Positions 51,197 to 64,000 of a DNA stretch of 64,000 bases are shown piece after piece. Source of the DNA: Iphione sp. A-MEVVRFRX5 (taxonomy: Eukaryota); NCBI GenBank assembly GCA_976226885.1, contig OZ320320.1, positions 74,028,001 to 74,092,000 of the forward strand, given 5' to 3'. The first letter of the stretch is position 1. Each line of letters begins with the position of its first letter. Below the pieces are notes generated by a model, which worked only from the letters and a program-made list of their open reading frames with translations, was not told where the DNA came from and did no database searches. The position numbers and the translations under genes were made by a program.

Positions 51197-52110
51197 ACAT
51201 GTACGTGCTTTACGAAAGGAGCATTGTTTTTAACCTTTTGATGTTCCAAACTAAACCTGGGAGGACATGTATTGAATGTGCACAGATGTACATCTATTAT
51301 CAACAGAGAGGGAAGTCCGTAAGTCCCTTTATAATGACACCGGCTTTCCATATAGTGGCCCCCCTTACTGCATTTCTGACATATTTTCCAGGAACGAAAT
51401 GTGAAAATTCAATTGAAAGTGTTTCCAAAGCTGACAAATCTCATATATCTGACAAAACCTTAAGAAACTAAAAATGTCACATAAAGGGGAACCACTGTAT
51501 TGACCACTTTCTGGCATACCATCTAAAAAGGTAATCGCCTAAAAGTGAACAGGACAGGTTCAGACATACAGAATCATAATCATACATGATCAATTTTCAG
51601 AAATATAATGCCACAACTTACGAAAAGTATTGTAGCGAAAGCAGCTTTGCCCCCCTGCCTGGAATAGAGTTCACGCTAGGTCATGACCCTGATGACCGCT
51701 GAAATGTTCGGTGGCATGGCAGACATAGTTTCCCGTAAAGGTATATTCCAAGAAATGGAACAATAGATTGTATTGTGAATTTTCCAGTGATTCGCAGTCT
51801 ATCTTGCCAGAAGCAAGTTTTCAATTTGAGGTCTTCAAAGTTGTAGCTAACAGTACAACGTTTCTTATCTGGCCACGCTTGGTTCTCTGCCAGCTTGTTC
51901 CTGTCAAAAAAGCAGTAGTGTCAGTTATGAGGCCGTCGGATAAGGGGGACCACTATATGGAAAGCCGGTGTCATTATAAAGGGACTTCCCTCTCTCTTGA
52001 TAAAAGATGTACATCTTTACACATACAATACATGTCTTCCCGGGTTTAGTTATTAGTGTGGAACATCAAAAGATTAAAAACAATGCTCCTTTCGTAAAGC
52101 ATGTACATGT
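51197..52110. repeat. ~170-bp inverted repeat pair with ~570-bp spacer
   Basis: 51197-51367 is the near-identical reverse complement of 51941-52110; both translate as MESRCHYKGT in the ORF track. Confidence 0.9.
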
Positions 52111-52814
52111 TTATTTAAATGTATATCAAATATAATCTGTTCTGCCCTACAATGTTCTCATTGAAGGCATATTCCTATTGGGGGCATATCCTTGATGCGC
52201 TATTCAGCTGAAAGCATGCCCTACGTGTTCCAGCTGTGACGGGGAGGCGAGGGGTGTCTCGCTGGTGTTGATAGTCTTTCTAGGCACCCTTAAGAGTTTC
52301 TTCTTTTTCAAAGTCCGTAATTGTCTGCTACGGGCGTCACTGTATACGTGTATGAAATGCATAGGACGGTGTCTGGAGTCTTGAATGTCTAGGTGTGTGG
52401 TTTCTTCCATCTTTATTTGTAAATGTCACAGAGCACCGAGCATTGAACACGACCTCCCACGGAACGAGGTCGAGTCTATCGCTTGCTGCATGAAAGGGTT
52501 GGAAGGTTCTTATCAACCTGGCTGTGAAGTTTAACTATCACTTGCTAGTTATTCTCATACTAGGCCAGAGAATTCTGTCAACGCGTTATCAAGAGGTCTG
52601 ATGACCTGATTACATACCTTATGTAAAAAGGCATCGTTTCGGAAGTTCTGGTTTGGTTTCAGTGAATTCTGGGAGATGTTCACATCATGGGAGGTTGGGT
52701 TTTTTTTGCCATTTCACTAATTCTCCAATTTTGATTAGAGAAGGTTCCAATAAATGTCAAAGTATAAAAAATCGAAAATCATGCGAAGCACACTGGTGAT
52801 GATATACAGTCGAA

Positions 52815-53260
52815 TGCTGCTTTGGTACCACAGTGTTTAGTGACCAAAACCTGATATACAACAATATGAGCTTGGAACAAGAATACTCGCCTTTACATAT
52901 GGATCGAAATTCCAAGTATTTTCAGGCGGACCGATCCGTGACCATACCAGCCTGTGAGAACACGTCTTATGGCTGTTTCTATTGGATTTCAGTATCACTT
53001 CACGGGCAGAGGTTTTAGTGTCCAAGCTGAAGGCAATAAAGGGGTATTTGTTGTCTTTGTGTGAACGGAGATGTCCGAGCGACAATGAACTTCATGCAAA
53101 TTCGGCTGAAAACAGCCAAATATGCAAATTTGGCAAAGAATGATTAGAATACATGCAAATTCAGCTGAAAAGTGGCAAAAGACCTGTATGCTGCTCAAAC
53201 CACTAATGTGACCACTTGACCTTGGAATGGAGGGATGGTTCCAAAACAAGATTCAACTGT
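52815..53260 (+). repeat. Dispersed repeat, modules A and B adjacent
   Basis: Homologous to 12870-13015 (inverted) and 11690-11945 (direct). Confidence 0.65.
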
Positions 53261-55149
53261 AAAAGTTGTTGTTCAGTGGCAAATCAAAATGAATTCCATT
53301 AGGCTACTATGTGTCTCAATTATCTCTGAAGGGTCAACCACCCTGCTACAACGCAGTGCCTTTTGCCCTTTGTGACGTCATAATGGGTCCCCTAGCATAA
53401 TAATACGCACTTATTGACATTTTTTATGCCACTGTCAAACCCCTGTCAATCCTAGGCAATTCCCTTTATTAAACAATAATTTTTGATTACGTATCCCTCG
53501 GTAAATTGTATTTATAATGCCAAAAGGATGTGCGACCATCCTCTTTTTTAAATCCCTTTTTAGCAAAATATATGTATGACTTACAACATCTGCTTCAGGG
53601 GATATAGTGTATAGCAAACTCTCGCGAAGAAGACAACCTGTGTCTAATGAAATCTGGTGTATGTTGCAGTCTAAGATGCTTTATGGTACTTTTCCACGCG
53701 TTAATTTATGTCGTTGGCTCTCTACAAATTGGATTTCTCATCCAGTCTGGTTTGGTCTTTCCAATATAATTATGGTGCTGCCCTCCCCTATCCCTGCTCC
53801 TGTCTCGCCATGTACGCCGCAGTGATTTTCCATACAATATGAAAATATTAAACAGCTTTAACGGGGTATCAAAACTGACGCATCGCTGGAACTTAAATTT
53901 TCTGCCCTTTTGAGTAAGACTCCAAACGTCCGACTCGCCCGACTATATTATTGATTTAATTATATATAAACAAACCGGAAAGAAGCTCTGAGATTGTATT
54001 CTTCATGACTAAATAATTTATAAATTAGACACTCCAGGGTCAAATCTCTGCTTTCAAAATGAGTCTGGCGATAGGTCATTTGGAAATGGGTTAAGGCGAC
54101 ACATTTCTTATACATGGCTAAGGTCTGGCAGAATGTCACAACACATAGCTGAAAGCGAACGATCATATGAACGAATAACAAGCAGACCACTGTCATGACA
54201 CGGCTCCTCTCCCGCGGCTCCTCTTATAGCCATTGTCTATCAATTCAGACAGACACCGACCCCCCAACACACACAACGGGGGCATCTCTTTCTTATGCTT
54301 TAAAGGATGACCAGCAGCACGTGAGGAGTGTCCGAGCCCATAGAGGGCAGCACAAGTGGCGGTCCAGCGCCGTCTAGTGGTGACCGGGCGAAGTGGGCTG
54401 ACAGATGGGCGTTTATCTAAGATAAGAGCCTTAATCTCATCTCATTCCGTCCCCCAGGGCCGGTCCTGCCGCCGACCATCGATCCAGCCGCGTCTAAAGC
54501 TATCTCGCCGCCGATATGTACACGCAAACCAGTCACGTGTCTGCGGTAAACCCACGAGAACCGTGACGTCACTCGGGGTTTGCGTCTCGAAGGCCGCCGG
54601 ATTATCCCTGGCCTTGTGTCCGCGAAGGAATGGTTGAATCGGTGCTGTTTTGTTCGTGTTGAACTGGCTTTCGTCCTACCTTTATTGATTACACGCACGC
54701 ACATGTGTGTGGGCGAGTATGTATGTAAGTATGTATGTATGTATGTATGTATGTATGTGTGTATGTTTGAACGTGTATAGCAGGTTCACTTTGAAAAGGT
54801 TGAGTTGCCCTCGTTTTTTGAAGGTTGAGTTGCCCTCGTTTTTTGGAAGGAAGCCCCACTTTAACCTCGTAGATCCGTGTGCTTTTGGTTGGACGCTTTA
54901 TTGGAACATGAAAACGGGTCTTTAAGAAACATCGACATGTCTTTTCTTGCTGACTCGTGCTCCGTGTCTCTTCGTCTGTCTGCTTTTCTCTTTCCCAACC
55001 CCCTTTCTCTCCATGCAGGTATCTTTCAAGCTTGTTGTCCCCGTCTCTGTATTTCATCTCCTCTTTCTCTCCTTCCTTATCCCCTTTCTTCTTGTCAATC
55101 ATGTTCTCTTTTTTGTCTCGCTGTCTCCTTCCCTAAATGTGTTTGTCTA

Positions 55150-55199
<50 letters not shown>

Positions 55200-58100
55200 C
55201 TTCTCATATGGATTGCTTTCTCTCTCGTCCTCTTTCTGTCTTGAAATATCTATCTGTTTGGTCTGTCTTTCTAAGACTCTGTCCGTCCCCTTTCTACAGT
55301 TCACACGATCAGTACGATATCGTTAACGAAGAAGCCACTCTTACCACCTGGGTGAAGCTACGGATTCCTTTTGTAACGAATATAGTGGGCAGCACAGGGA
55401 CTCTCAATCAGTTCAGCTCAGTCGCGGACCCCTCCCTTCCCCGCCCGCCCCCGCACGACCCGCCCCCGGCCCGCCACCCCAACACTGAGCAACTCAGCAA
55501 ACATCCCAGATCTACTCCCAAGACACTCATCTAAGCTGCTCTTTCATTGAGGGCCTCCCCCCGCGAATCCCCCAAACGCCATCCCTTCCTACCCCCCTCC
55601 CTCCCCACACCTCCCCCGTCCTTGACCCTTGACCTCTGACGTGCGCACTTCTCTCACCCATTATAATCTCCTCCCTATTTCCGTCGCTTCGTCGACTCGG
55701 CATTTCCGCTCTAATGGTTGCCGAATCTCACCGGAAGAAATGCCCCGGCCTTCCCATTGTCCTGATAGGGGGGAAGTTTCGACGTCCACTCGCCGCCGAA
55801 AAGCTACGTCTGCCTGCGCAGGTAATTCACTCGGCCTTTTTGAGGACTATCATGGCGAGCGAAATGTGACCTTAACGTAGGAGAGAGCTGCTCGAACCTG
55901 GGTCACATGCTACTCCAACTGACACTCACTCCTCATCACTCTCTCTCCTTAATAATCGCATTTCATTGTCAGTAGTGTCATGGGTTTCGTCCTACTAGTT
56001 TTCCTGCACGACATAATTCTGTCTACTTCTTCAAATAACGTAAACTGTGCAATAGTTTTGACAAATATGGTGCTCAAACTGACACGTAATCCCCATTGCT
56101 TTCTCTTTAAAATTCACATTTCAATTCTCAATGATATATGTTAGTATGCCACCCCAGGAGGATGTGGAAGAACAACAAAAAAGAATATCTAGAATATCCT
56201 GAATATCTAGTTCCTGGTTAAAGATACAATGAGAATAGAACCAAAACTAGTGTGGGCTAAGATCATGTGACCATCAATGAGACTAGAGTACTGACAATGG
56301 TGTCTGCCTTATCCCTCTTCTTTTTTGTGTTTTACCACTTGGTCTTGTTTGATTTGTCAATTTATTCAAGGAAAGAGGAAGAGGAGGTTGCTTTGTGGCC
56401 ATATTTTCCTTTCGTTTTCATCTTCGACTGCTGTTTTGTGAGCAAGTGTATACCGTTATACTTCTTGATAACGAATATGAAGATACTAGGGATTAACTCA
56501 TTTTGATAGCACTTTAAACAAACTGGTATGTCGACAGAAAATGCTTGTGTCAGTCTTCATACCAGCTCAATAAATTCAATGAAATCTGAAAGCCATTCAG
56601 TATTCTAGCCCTTTCAGCTAAATGGGAACCAATCATAGTAGAAATACAGATGAGTGTTACCAAACATGAATGGTTTTTAAAAAGGTATCAATTTCAAAAC
56701 AGATCTTTCAAACAATGTAACATTCATCGAATTTCAGTAACATCCAAATTACCTTTCCATAATTGGCGTTTCTCTTGTTACGAAAGGAAAACAGATCTTC
56801 AGCCAGGGAAGAATTGGACAACATTTCTTTGCAATTCCCAGTATCAGCTCAATAAGTCAAGAGAATTCTCTGGTACTAGAATCACAGTATGGTCTGTACT
56901 TTTCATACCACGATGTTTCGTTTTTATTCATCTCTGACCACGAAAATAATAAAACGAACGATTCATAAAAACCGGGATTGAAATATCTAATGAATTAGAA
57001 GAACCATGACAATCAGATCTTCTCGTCGTCTTTCTGTTCAAATGTCGTCTGCTCAACTGGAACCAAGGCGCACTCCCCAAAGCCAAAAATCAAGAGGACC
57101 ACAATTATAGGAGCTTATTCCAGCGAACATTTGTATTCACTGTTGCAAGAAAATCTATTTTAAAATCTGAAAGCGGGGAGGATAGAATAAGAAAAAGACC
57201 CTCTATCTATTAATACCATTGGCTGGCGAAAGTCTCGCGAGAACGACTAGAGTGACGTGAGTAATGATTAAATCGATTGGTCATGTACAGTTCCCGCCAT
57301 TGGAGAGAATATCGTGGGCGGGTTCGTGTGTGGGTTCGTGGGTGCGTTCGTGGGGAAGAAGGATCGGATGAATGGCATGATTCGTCATAAATATTGTTCG
57401 GCCTCAGCTGAACAGAATCTGGCCAGATCCGCCTGCCGCCCGCCTGGCGGCGCCAGTGCTTAAACCTCTCAGCACGCTGATTGATTGGGAGCGTGCTATT
57501 GACGGACATTACGGTTTTCTTTCACCACCACAGCACGCTGCTGGTTAGAGAGATGTATGTAGACTAATCGTCCCAGCATCGTCTGGTGAAAACTTTCCCC
57601 CGACGTCGGGGAAACTGTCCCGAGAAAAAAAAACTCACACTTGCACCATGTGTTCTCTGGGTGCAAGTAATCGCAAAGTAGCTAAGCTCCTATTACCATA
57701 TATATAAACTGAATATATAACTATCATTAACTCTTTTTCACCGTGCTACTGACAAGCAAATAGTGCAAACAGGAGGTTGGCCCTGTGACCATTCTAAAGT
57801 TTTATGGTTGTGATACCTTGAATGTGAGATTATACTTCATAAATACTAATTATAATATGCACATGGACGAGGTCATATTTATATAAAGTAACCAGTGATA
57901 GCCTTTACAACAGATTTCAAGTCACTTATTAACAGGTACTCTAGGTTATACTGATAATCACCTAATGTTTGTATAACCTCTCTTGTCTGGTGGGGATTTC
58001 ATCTGTAGATCCTGTCTAAGTAGTAAAAGTATAGGAGGTAGTTATCCTCAATAATCTACCTTCAACAAGCGTGTTTTGTTTAAATGGCAGACAAATGGCA

Positions 58101-58302
58101 AGAAATGGCAGAAAAAAACAAATGGGGTGATACAGCTTCATTCCTCAAATAAGAATACATAGATAACAGATTAATATTCGGCTTAAAACCTTGACAATTA
58201 CTGCTCAAATGGTATGCTTCCCAGAGAAGAAAAAAAGTTTCCCATGACGAAGTGAATTCACGAGAGCACATCTACTCCGTTAACAGGCAACACTAGAATA
58301 TA

Positions 58303-58466
58303 NNNNNNNNNNNNNNNNNNNNNNNNNNNNNNNNNNNNNNNNNNNNNNNNNNNNNNNNNNNNNNNNNNNNNNNNNNNNNNNNNNNNNNNNNNNNNNNNNN
58401 NNNNNNNNNNNNNNNNNNNNNNNNNNNNNNNNNNNNNNNNNNNNNNNNNNNNNNNNNNNNNNNNNN
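58303..58466. other. Assembly gap (N run)
   Basis: Run of N ending 14 bp from the CUB exon boundary at 58481. Confidence 1.
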
Positions 58467-58480
58467 AATTTGAAACCTAC

Positions 58481-58671
58481 CTGTGACAAATTTGTAGTGC
58501 GCCCTGAAGCCCTTGCCTGTACAGGTGCCGGTGGCGTTGAAGACGAGGAAGAGGCGGGGATCGGTTGTCACCAGCATGTCTGGTGTCTGATTGCCACAGA
58601 AGACCTTATCCGGCCTCTCGGACGTAACATCCTGACCGTCAAGGTAAGCTTTCATATAGCCGCTAATACAC
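58481..58671 (-). CDS. CUB-LDLa gene exon: second half of a CUB domain (most 5' exon found)
   Basis: Long pyrimidine tract plus CACAG acceptor and GTAGGT donor; CISGYMKAYLDGQ..KVFCGNQTPDMLVTTDPRLFLVFNATGTCTGKGFRAHYKFVT; 191 bp, phase 2/1. It joins the 40238 exon as FVT-D-YAIPG. Confidence 0.92.
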
Positions 58672-61436
58672 CTGTGCCAGGTAAGTAGAGAAAGAGGGAG
58701 AGAGGGGGAGAGGGAGAAGAACAAGTTAATGAACTGATAGCACAGCAGTTTAAATACCTTAAATACACACTATGTATACTTCTACGCCTTCCTCGTATGG
58801 CAATGAGTGTTGTTGTCAGAGCGTAGTTTGAAAAAGTGCCCTCTATAATTATTTCCATGTAATGAGCCGATCCTAGCAGTAAAAAATACGGGTACTACCG
58901 ATGCATTTTTTTATCATTTTTGACATCATAATAGGAACTGTCTTATCAAATTGCTTAAACTTGTGACAATTTTGTGACAAGTTAAAGTTATGTCAGTAAT
59001 ACCCATTTATTCAACTGTCAGCGATAGGTCCATTACGATCATTGTAGAACATACAACCACTCAGCTTAACCTCAAATCATTGATTTCAGCGGTCAACTGC
59101 CTACCTGTCTGTGCTGAAGGAGACAGCTGTCAAGTCTAAGAACTACAGGTTTTCCCTGTAGCTCTATCATCTGACCAAACTCCCGTTCAGAGCTGAACGG
59201 GAGACATACCACTCATAGTTTTTAGTATGACAGCTCTTCACTTGGCCCAAGTCTTGGCAGTGCCAAGGAAGTTCAGGTGATGAATCGTTCGCGAATGGCT
59301 TCTCACTGTACCTGTATATTGCCAAGACGTTGAGGTTTCTACATTAATTCTATGAATCTCATCCCTAAACCTACCCTATTTCAGCTGTCATACATATATA
59401 TGCACAAACACACATATACACATACATACACATACACGTTATATATGAACAAAATGGCCGGACGGAGACTACCGGAAATGAAAACGCCATAGCAACGTTG
59501 GGTGCACAATGAAAAAGAAAAAAAAACACTACATCAGTGCTGAGGGAAGTCGGTCGGTCAAGTATACTTGTCTTTAAAGGAAAACCCGCTGGATGTCAGG
59601 AGTTAGCTGTACATAGTCAACATACATACACTGGCAACTGGGAATTGTGACAACAAAAAGGACCAGACAATATGCCCTTTACTGTGCGTTGCTGTCCTTG
59701 TGGTGTTGGTTATCTTATGTAAACTAAACCATTTGGACAAAATGTGCCCTTAATTTTGGAATTGCCCTCTAGTTGAGTTGTGCACACGGTGAGTTGCTTC
59801 GTTATATTAAGACAGGCAGTTATAATAATGCTGCAGTATATGAGATTTTGGCTTGACATTCTGTAACATTGTAGGTGTTTCACCAAATGCCGACGTGTAT
59901 CTGAAAGCTGAATCATGAAGGAAGAAAATAAAAGAAAGAAAAACACTGACAGCACTGAGGTGAGGAACGCTTGGCAAACTGTCTACTTGACCTTCATTCG
60001 ACCTTCTTTGAAAAGCAGACGACAACCACGAACCTAAAGAGCTATCACGTGACGCTCATAGGAATGCCTACCCGTCTATGTACTTGTACAATATACGGAA
60101 ACATTTTGTGGGAACCAGATGCCATTTTTCTGTGCGTTTATGTATTTTTTATCAATATTTTTCATAATCGTGATATAATTTGTAGAAACAAACGTGATCC
60201 GCTCGAGAAACATAACTGTATACCAAAGTTACTTAACTGATAATTGTATTTATACACATGTTTACAACGATATCGATCAGGAAAACATCTATGCTACGTT
60301 TTGCATGTACAGCTATTCGATATCTCATATTTACTCATTATTTATACATTATATATACACACGTAAAAGGTATATTTGGATGGCAAACAACCTTGGTATT
60401 TCTTTTTAAAAACGTACTATTTATTTGTATTATGTGTGGAGAAAGACCACCCCCCCGGACATTCCTTTCAGTGCGCTCGAGTGCCCTGCAGGACCAGGCG
60501 AACAGGCCTTGACGTGTAGAGAGAGTGTAAGATATATTTAGCTGTCACTTAATGTTCTGCGCTTAAGGACACGTATACCCTTAAGAATCGATATAAAAAG
60601 AGCTCTTTTTATCTACTAAGGAGAGGGTACGTCAATATGAAGGCATTCTTCAGTAAAATGTGTGTAGACCGACGTTAATGTGATGTATGCGACGCCGCAA
60701 GCCTCTCACTTTTTGTTGTGAAATAGAATATTTATTTCGGTATTTAATTTTAGGGTCATACATCACTTTCTGCATCAGGCTTATGTGCCTTTGGACCTTT
60801 CACTTGGCAGTTAAAATCACTATTGCAATGTAATAGTTTACGTTTTTTTCTGACTTTGTGGAAAAAATATGCCTTTTCATTAGTTCAGACTCCATTATGA
60901 TGTCACAAACAGTAAAACAATTGTCTATCCTATAGGGATGGTGGATACTCTGGAGAGTTCAAACCATAAGAAAAGAGAATACAGTGATCATGTCCATCAT
61001 ATGCCTAAGTGTTAATATATAAATGTGTAATGTTAAAGCTAGCTTCCCCCAAATAATAATTATTCCAGGGTGGTCAATGAGTTGTGAGGATGTAGACGTT
61101 CTAATTTTTGCAGATTATGTTCATCATTTTCATGTAAAACAGACGCTGAAATATTGTTAGACCCGTATTTAACCATGTTTTGGGGTGTGTTACTTGATCG
61201 CTCGATCGCATACCTAGAATAATGTCTTATGAAGGATTCACAGGTTCTTCATTCGCAAGCATCAGAGTTTTGTCTCCCGTAGATAAAAACCTCGGGATAT
61301 ACATCTACATGACAAAGCTGGTTTATCGAGACTTCCATCAGCATCTGGAATTCCTTATTATCCAATGCTCTTTTTAGGAGACAAACCCTCATTTTCCCTC
61401 CTTTCATGTTTGTCTGTATGACCGTCTGTAGCTTTC

Positions 61437-61555
61437 AGCCTACACCTTAATTTCCTTTGTCGAATAATCTGTATCCTAGCATATAATTGTTTCCTAGCCT
61501 ACACCTTAATTTCCTTTGTCGAATAATCTGTATCCTAGGATATAACTGTTTTCCT
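61437..61555. repeat. 59-bp tandem duplication
   Basis: AGCCTACACCTTAATTTCCTTTGTCGAATAATCTGTATCCTAG at 61437 and 61496. Confidence 0.9.
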
Positions 61556-61599
61556 CCACCCTGCCCTCCACCAAACCCCTCACCCAGCCCTCCATCCGG

Positions 61600-62175
61600 T
61601 TCCTCACCAAGCCCCCAAACCTGGCCTTCCACCTGCCCTTCACCTGGTCCTCCACCTAGTCTCCCACCTGGCTCTCGACCCAATGCCCCACCCAGACTTA
61701 ACAACTGGCCTTCTACCTGGCCCCCACCTGGCCCTCCACCTGGCTGTCTACCTACCCTTCACCTGGTCCCCCACCTAGTCTCCCACCTGGCCCTCCACCC
61801 GATGCCCCACCCAGCCTTAACACCTGGCCTTCTACCTGGCCCAACCTGGCCCAACCTGGCCCTCCACCTGGCTGTCCACCTGCCCTTCACCTGATCCCCC
61901 ACCTAGTCCCCCACCTGGCTCTCGACCCGATGCCCCCATCCAACCTTAACACCTGGCTTTCTACCTGGCCCCGCACCTGGCCCTCCACCTGGCCTTCCAC
62001 CTGCCCTTCACCTGGTCCTCCACCCAGTCTCCCACCTGGCTCTTGCCCCAATGCCCCCACCCAACCTTGACAACTGGCCTTCTACCTGGCTCCCACCTGG
62101 CCCTCCACCTGGCTTTCCACCTGCCCTTCACCTGATCCCCCAACCTGCAGTCAACCAGGCACTCCACCTGGTTTC
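61600..62175. repeat. C-rich minisatellite: ~12-bp monomer in a ~120-bp higher-order repeat
   Basis: CCACCTGGCCCT-like monomers; the marker CCCTTCACCTG recurs at 61636, 61755, 61883, 62004 and 62124. Confidence 0.9.
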
Positions 62176-64000
62176 TCAAACGGCTGTAGCTACCGACATG
62201 TATCTATCACCCGAGTCGTGAGTTACCACTGTTTCTTCTATTATCTCTTCTTTTGTTAGATTCTCTCGTTCTCTGTCTCTCTATCACTATATCTGTCTGC
62301 TTTTGTCTCCCTCTTTATATATGTCTGTTCTCTCTCTCCTTGTCTCTCTCTCTCTCTCTCTGTCTCTCTGTTCCACTCTCTATGGTCTAGGATTTCTTCC
62401 CTCTAACTAACATTGAGTACTGAATATTTTATTCACATTCTCGAAGGATCGATGTAACCTGAGGTTTTCAGCGGTTCCATCATGAAACTAGCTTTGTTAC
62501 CAAGAGATGTTTAAATATATCAAAAAGATATCTTCCCGCGAACGAAGTTTACGTACGTATGACTACCTAGCCCTCTTTGCTGGAAAAAGGAAGACTCTAT
62601 TGTAGCAATTCCAATGGGGCATTCCAAGTTATTATGTGCTTGAATGGCACGGTACCCTTTCTCCTTGATGTTGCCCCCTGTGCCTTCTACTGAAGTGTGG
62701 TCTCCCAACTACTTGGACGTTGTTGACTTTGCCACCGGTCAGTAGGCAAAGGTTTGTTTGAACCCGGTTACCAGAGCCCAATGGGCGGTAATTAAGGAGA
62801 TTTATGGAACCAAAGCGCCGCCACAGCTTTCTCTTTTCTGTCAGTGATACATAACACTGAGTGTTTCTACCTAATTACGGGGAGACATAAAGACTCATAC
62901 ACTTCGCTATCTAGTCCCGGAAAATATGATGTATAGGACGGTCTGGGGCACGATCATACTTCTTTCAATTCTACATCTTCTCGGAGAATGTTAGCGAGCG
63001 GTGTACCTCGGAACAAAGACGCCAGTAGCATTGATAGATGTACCGTATGGACCCAAGGCCCCCCTTCTCCTTAGGAGAGATATAATGGGCATATTATACA
63101 CGTTTTTATTTCATTTATCATTCAATGTATCACGTCTACTCCGGTGGGCCTTACGGACTTGGTTACATTCTCTGTAGACTAGCATGCTACCCAAAGCTAT
63201 ACATCAGAAATGAAAACAGAATCGGTAATAGAAACTTCAAAGTTCTTCCTACTTACACGTCTACTAAAGTCATTCACTTCCTTACCATACATACAAGTAC
63301 CTAGCAGGCTGGGTTTTAGAGATATAATGTACTGAAAATGTCTGCTCATAAATCGACATAAAATACTTACTTATCTAAATACATGTACCAACAAGATTAC
63401 ATAGAAAACACAGTTCTTTTGGGACAGAGATCTTATGAGATCCTTTGAGATATGTAGTCCAGTAAAAGTCACTCTATCCAGTTGATGGATCAATGGACGT
63501 TGAAGTAATGGGTAGTGCTGACATCATTTTTACTGAATTATAACATCATTATGGGAATCGACCAATCAAATTGCTTAGAATTGCAATGATGTCCCAATTT
63601 GGTAAGAATGATGTCGACACTAGCTGTAACTTCAACCTTCAGCCATCGTCTCATTGGTCTACTCCCTTGTCTTTAGAAAGATTCTCTCTTTAAATCATTG
63701 TGTAGACTATCTTGAACAAGATTTGGAGAAAATTAGTAAAATGTTGTGTGTAAACAAAAAATTCTGCACTTGCAATAGGGATTGCCAGCAAACTTAAAGG
63801 GAGGGGCTCTAGAAGCAACCGAAATCAACATAGGTGAGAGAACATAAGGGTAACAGAAAAGGGGAGATTTTTGGCCTTAAGCTGGTCTGAATCCAGTCGT
63901 CCTTAATTCCCTTTAATTCTGCTTCTTGTTTTTAAAAGCGTTTTTAAACTCTTTTTTTCCAAGAGTCCTTTTTCTCTGCATTCTCCCTTGTAATCCTTCA

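Noticed and set aside
61487-61894. Proline-rich or collagen-like CDS
   Set aside because: Product of the 12-bp minisatellite; the frame shifts between units and there is no sustained Gly-X-Y pattern.
58700-64000. First half of the most 5' CUB domain
   Set aside because: I scanned the minus strand for an F.SP..P..YP exon with a phase-2 donor and found none; it is presumably beyond the window.

Overview
Repeat-rich animal genomic DNA from an invertebrate-type bilaterian (taxon not determinable from sequence alone), with two partial, intron-containing genes, both on the minus strand. (1) A single-pass membrane protein with at least 3 CUB domains, an LDLa module, a transmembrane helix and a short tail ending in a class I PDZ ligand (Neto/SOL-1-like). 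I assembled it by hand from 8 phase-compatible exons between 58671 and 22222; its 5' exons were not found and probably lie right of the window. (2) The first coding exon of a PAWR/Par-4-like gene (6988-6461); no further exon was recognised, so the rest probably lies left of the window. The two most notable observations concern splicing of the CUB gene: a candidate 3-nt microexon (23820-23822) that supplies the missing sixth LDLa cysteine, and an ~11-copy minisatellite that grew out of an exon/intron junction and carries many copies of the splice donor. The remainder is introns and intergenic DNA with TA-flanked MITEs, LINE relics, a tRNA-derived SINE, mini/microsatellites, GC-rich candidate regulatory islands and two N gaps. 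No prokaryotic systems, CRISPR arrays or rRNA were seen. All alignments and counts were done by eye.
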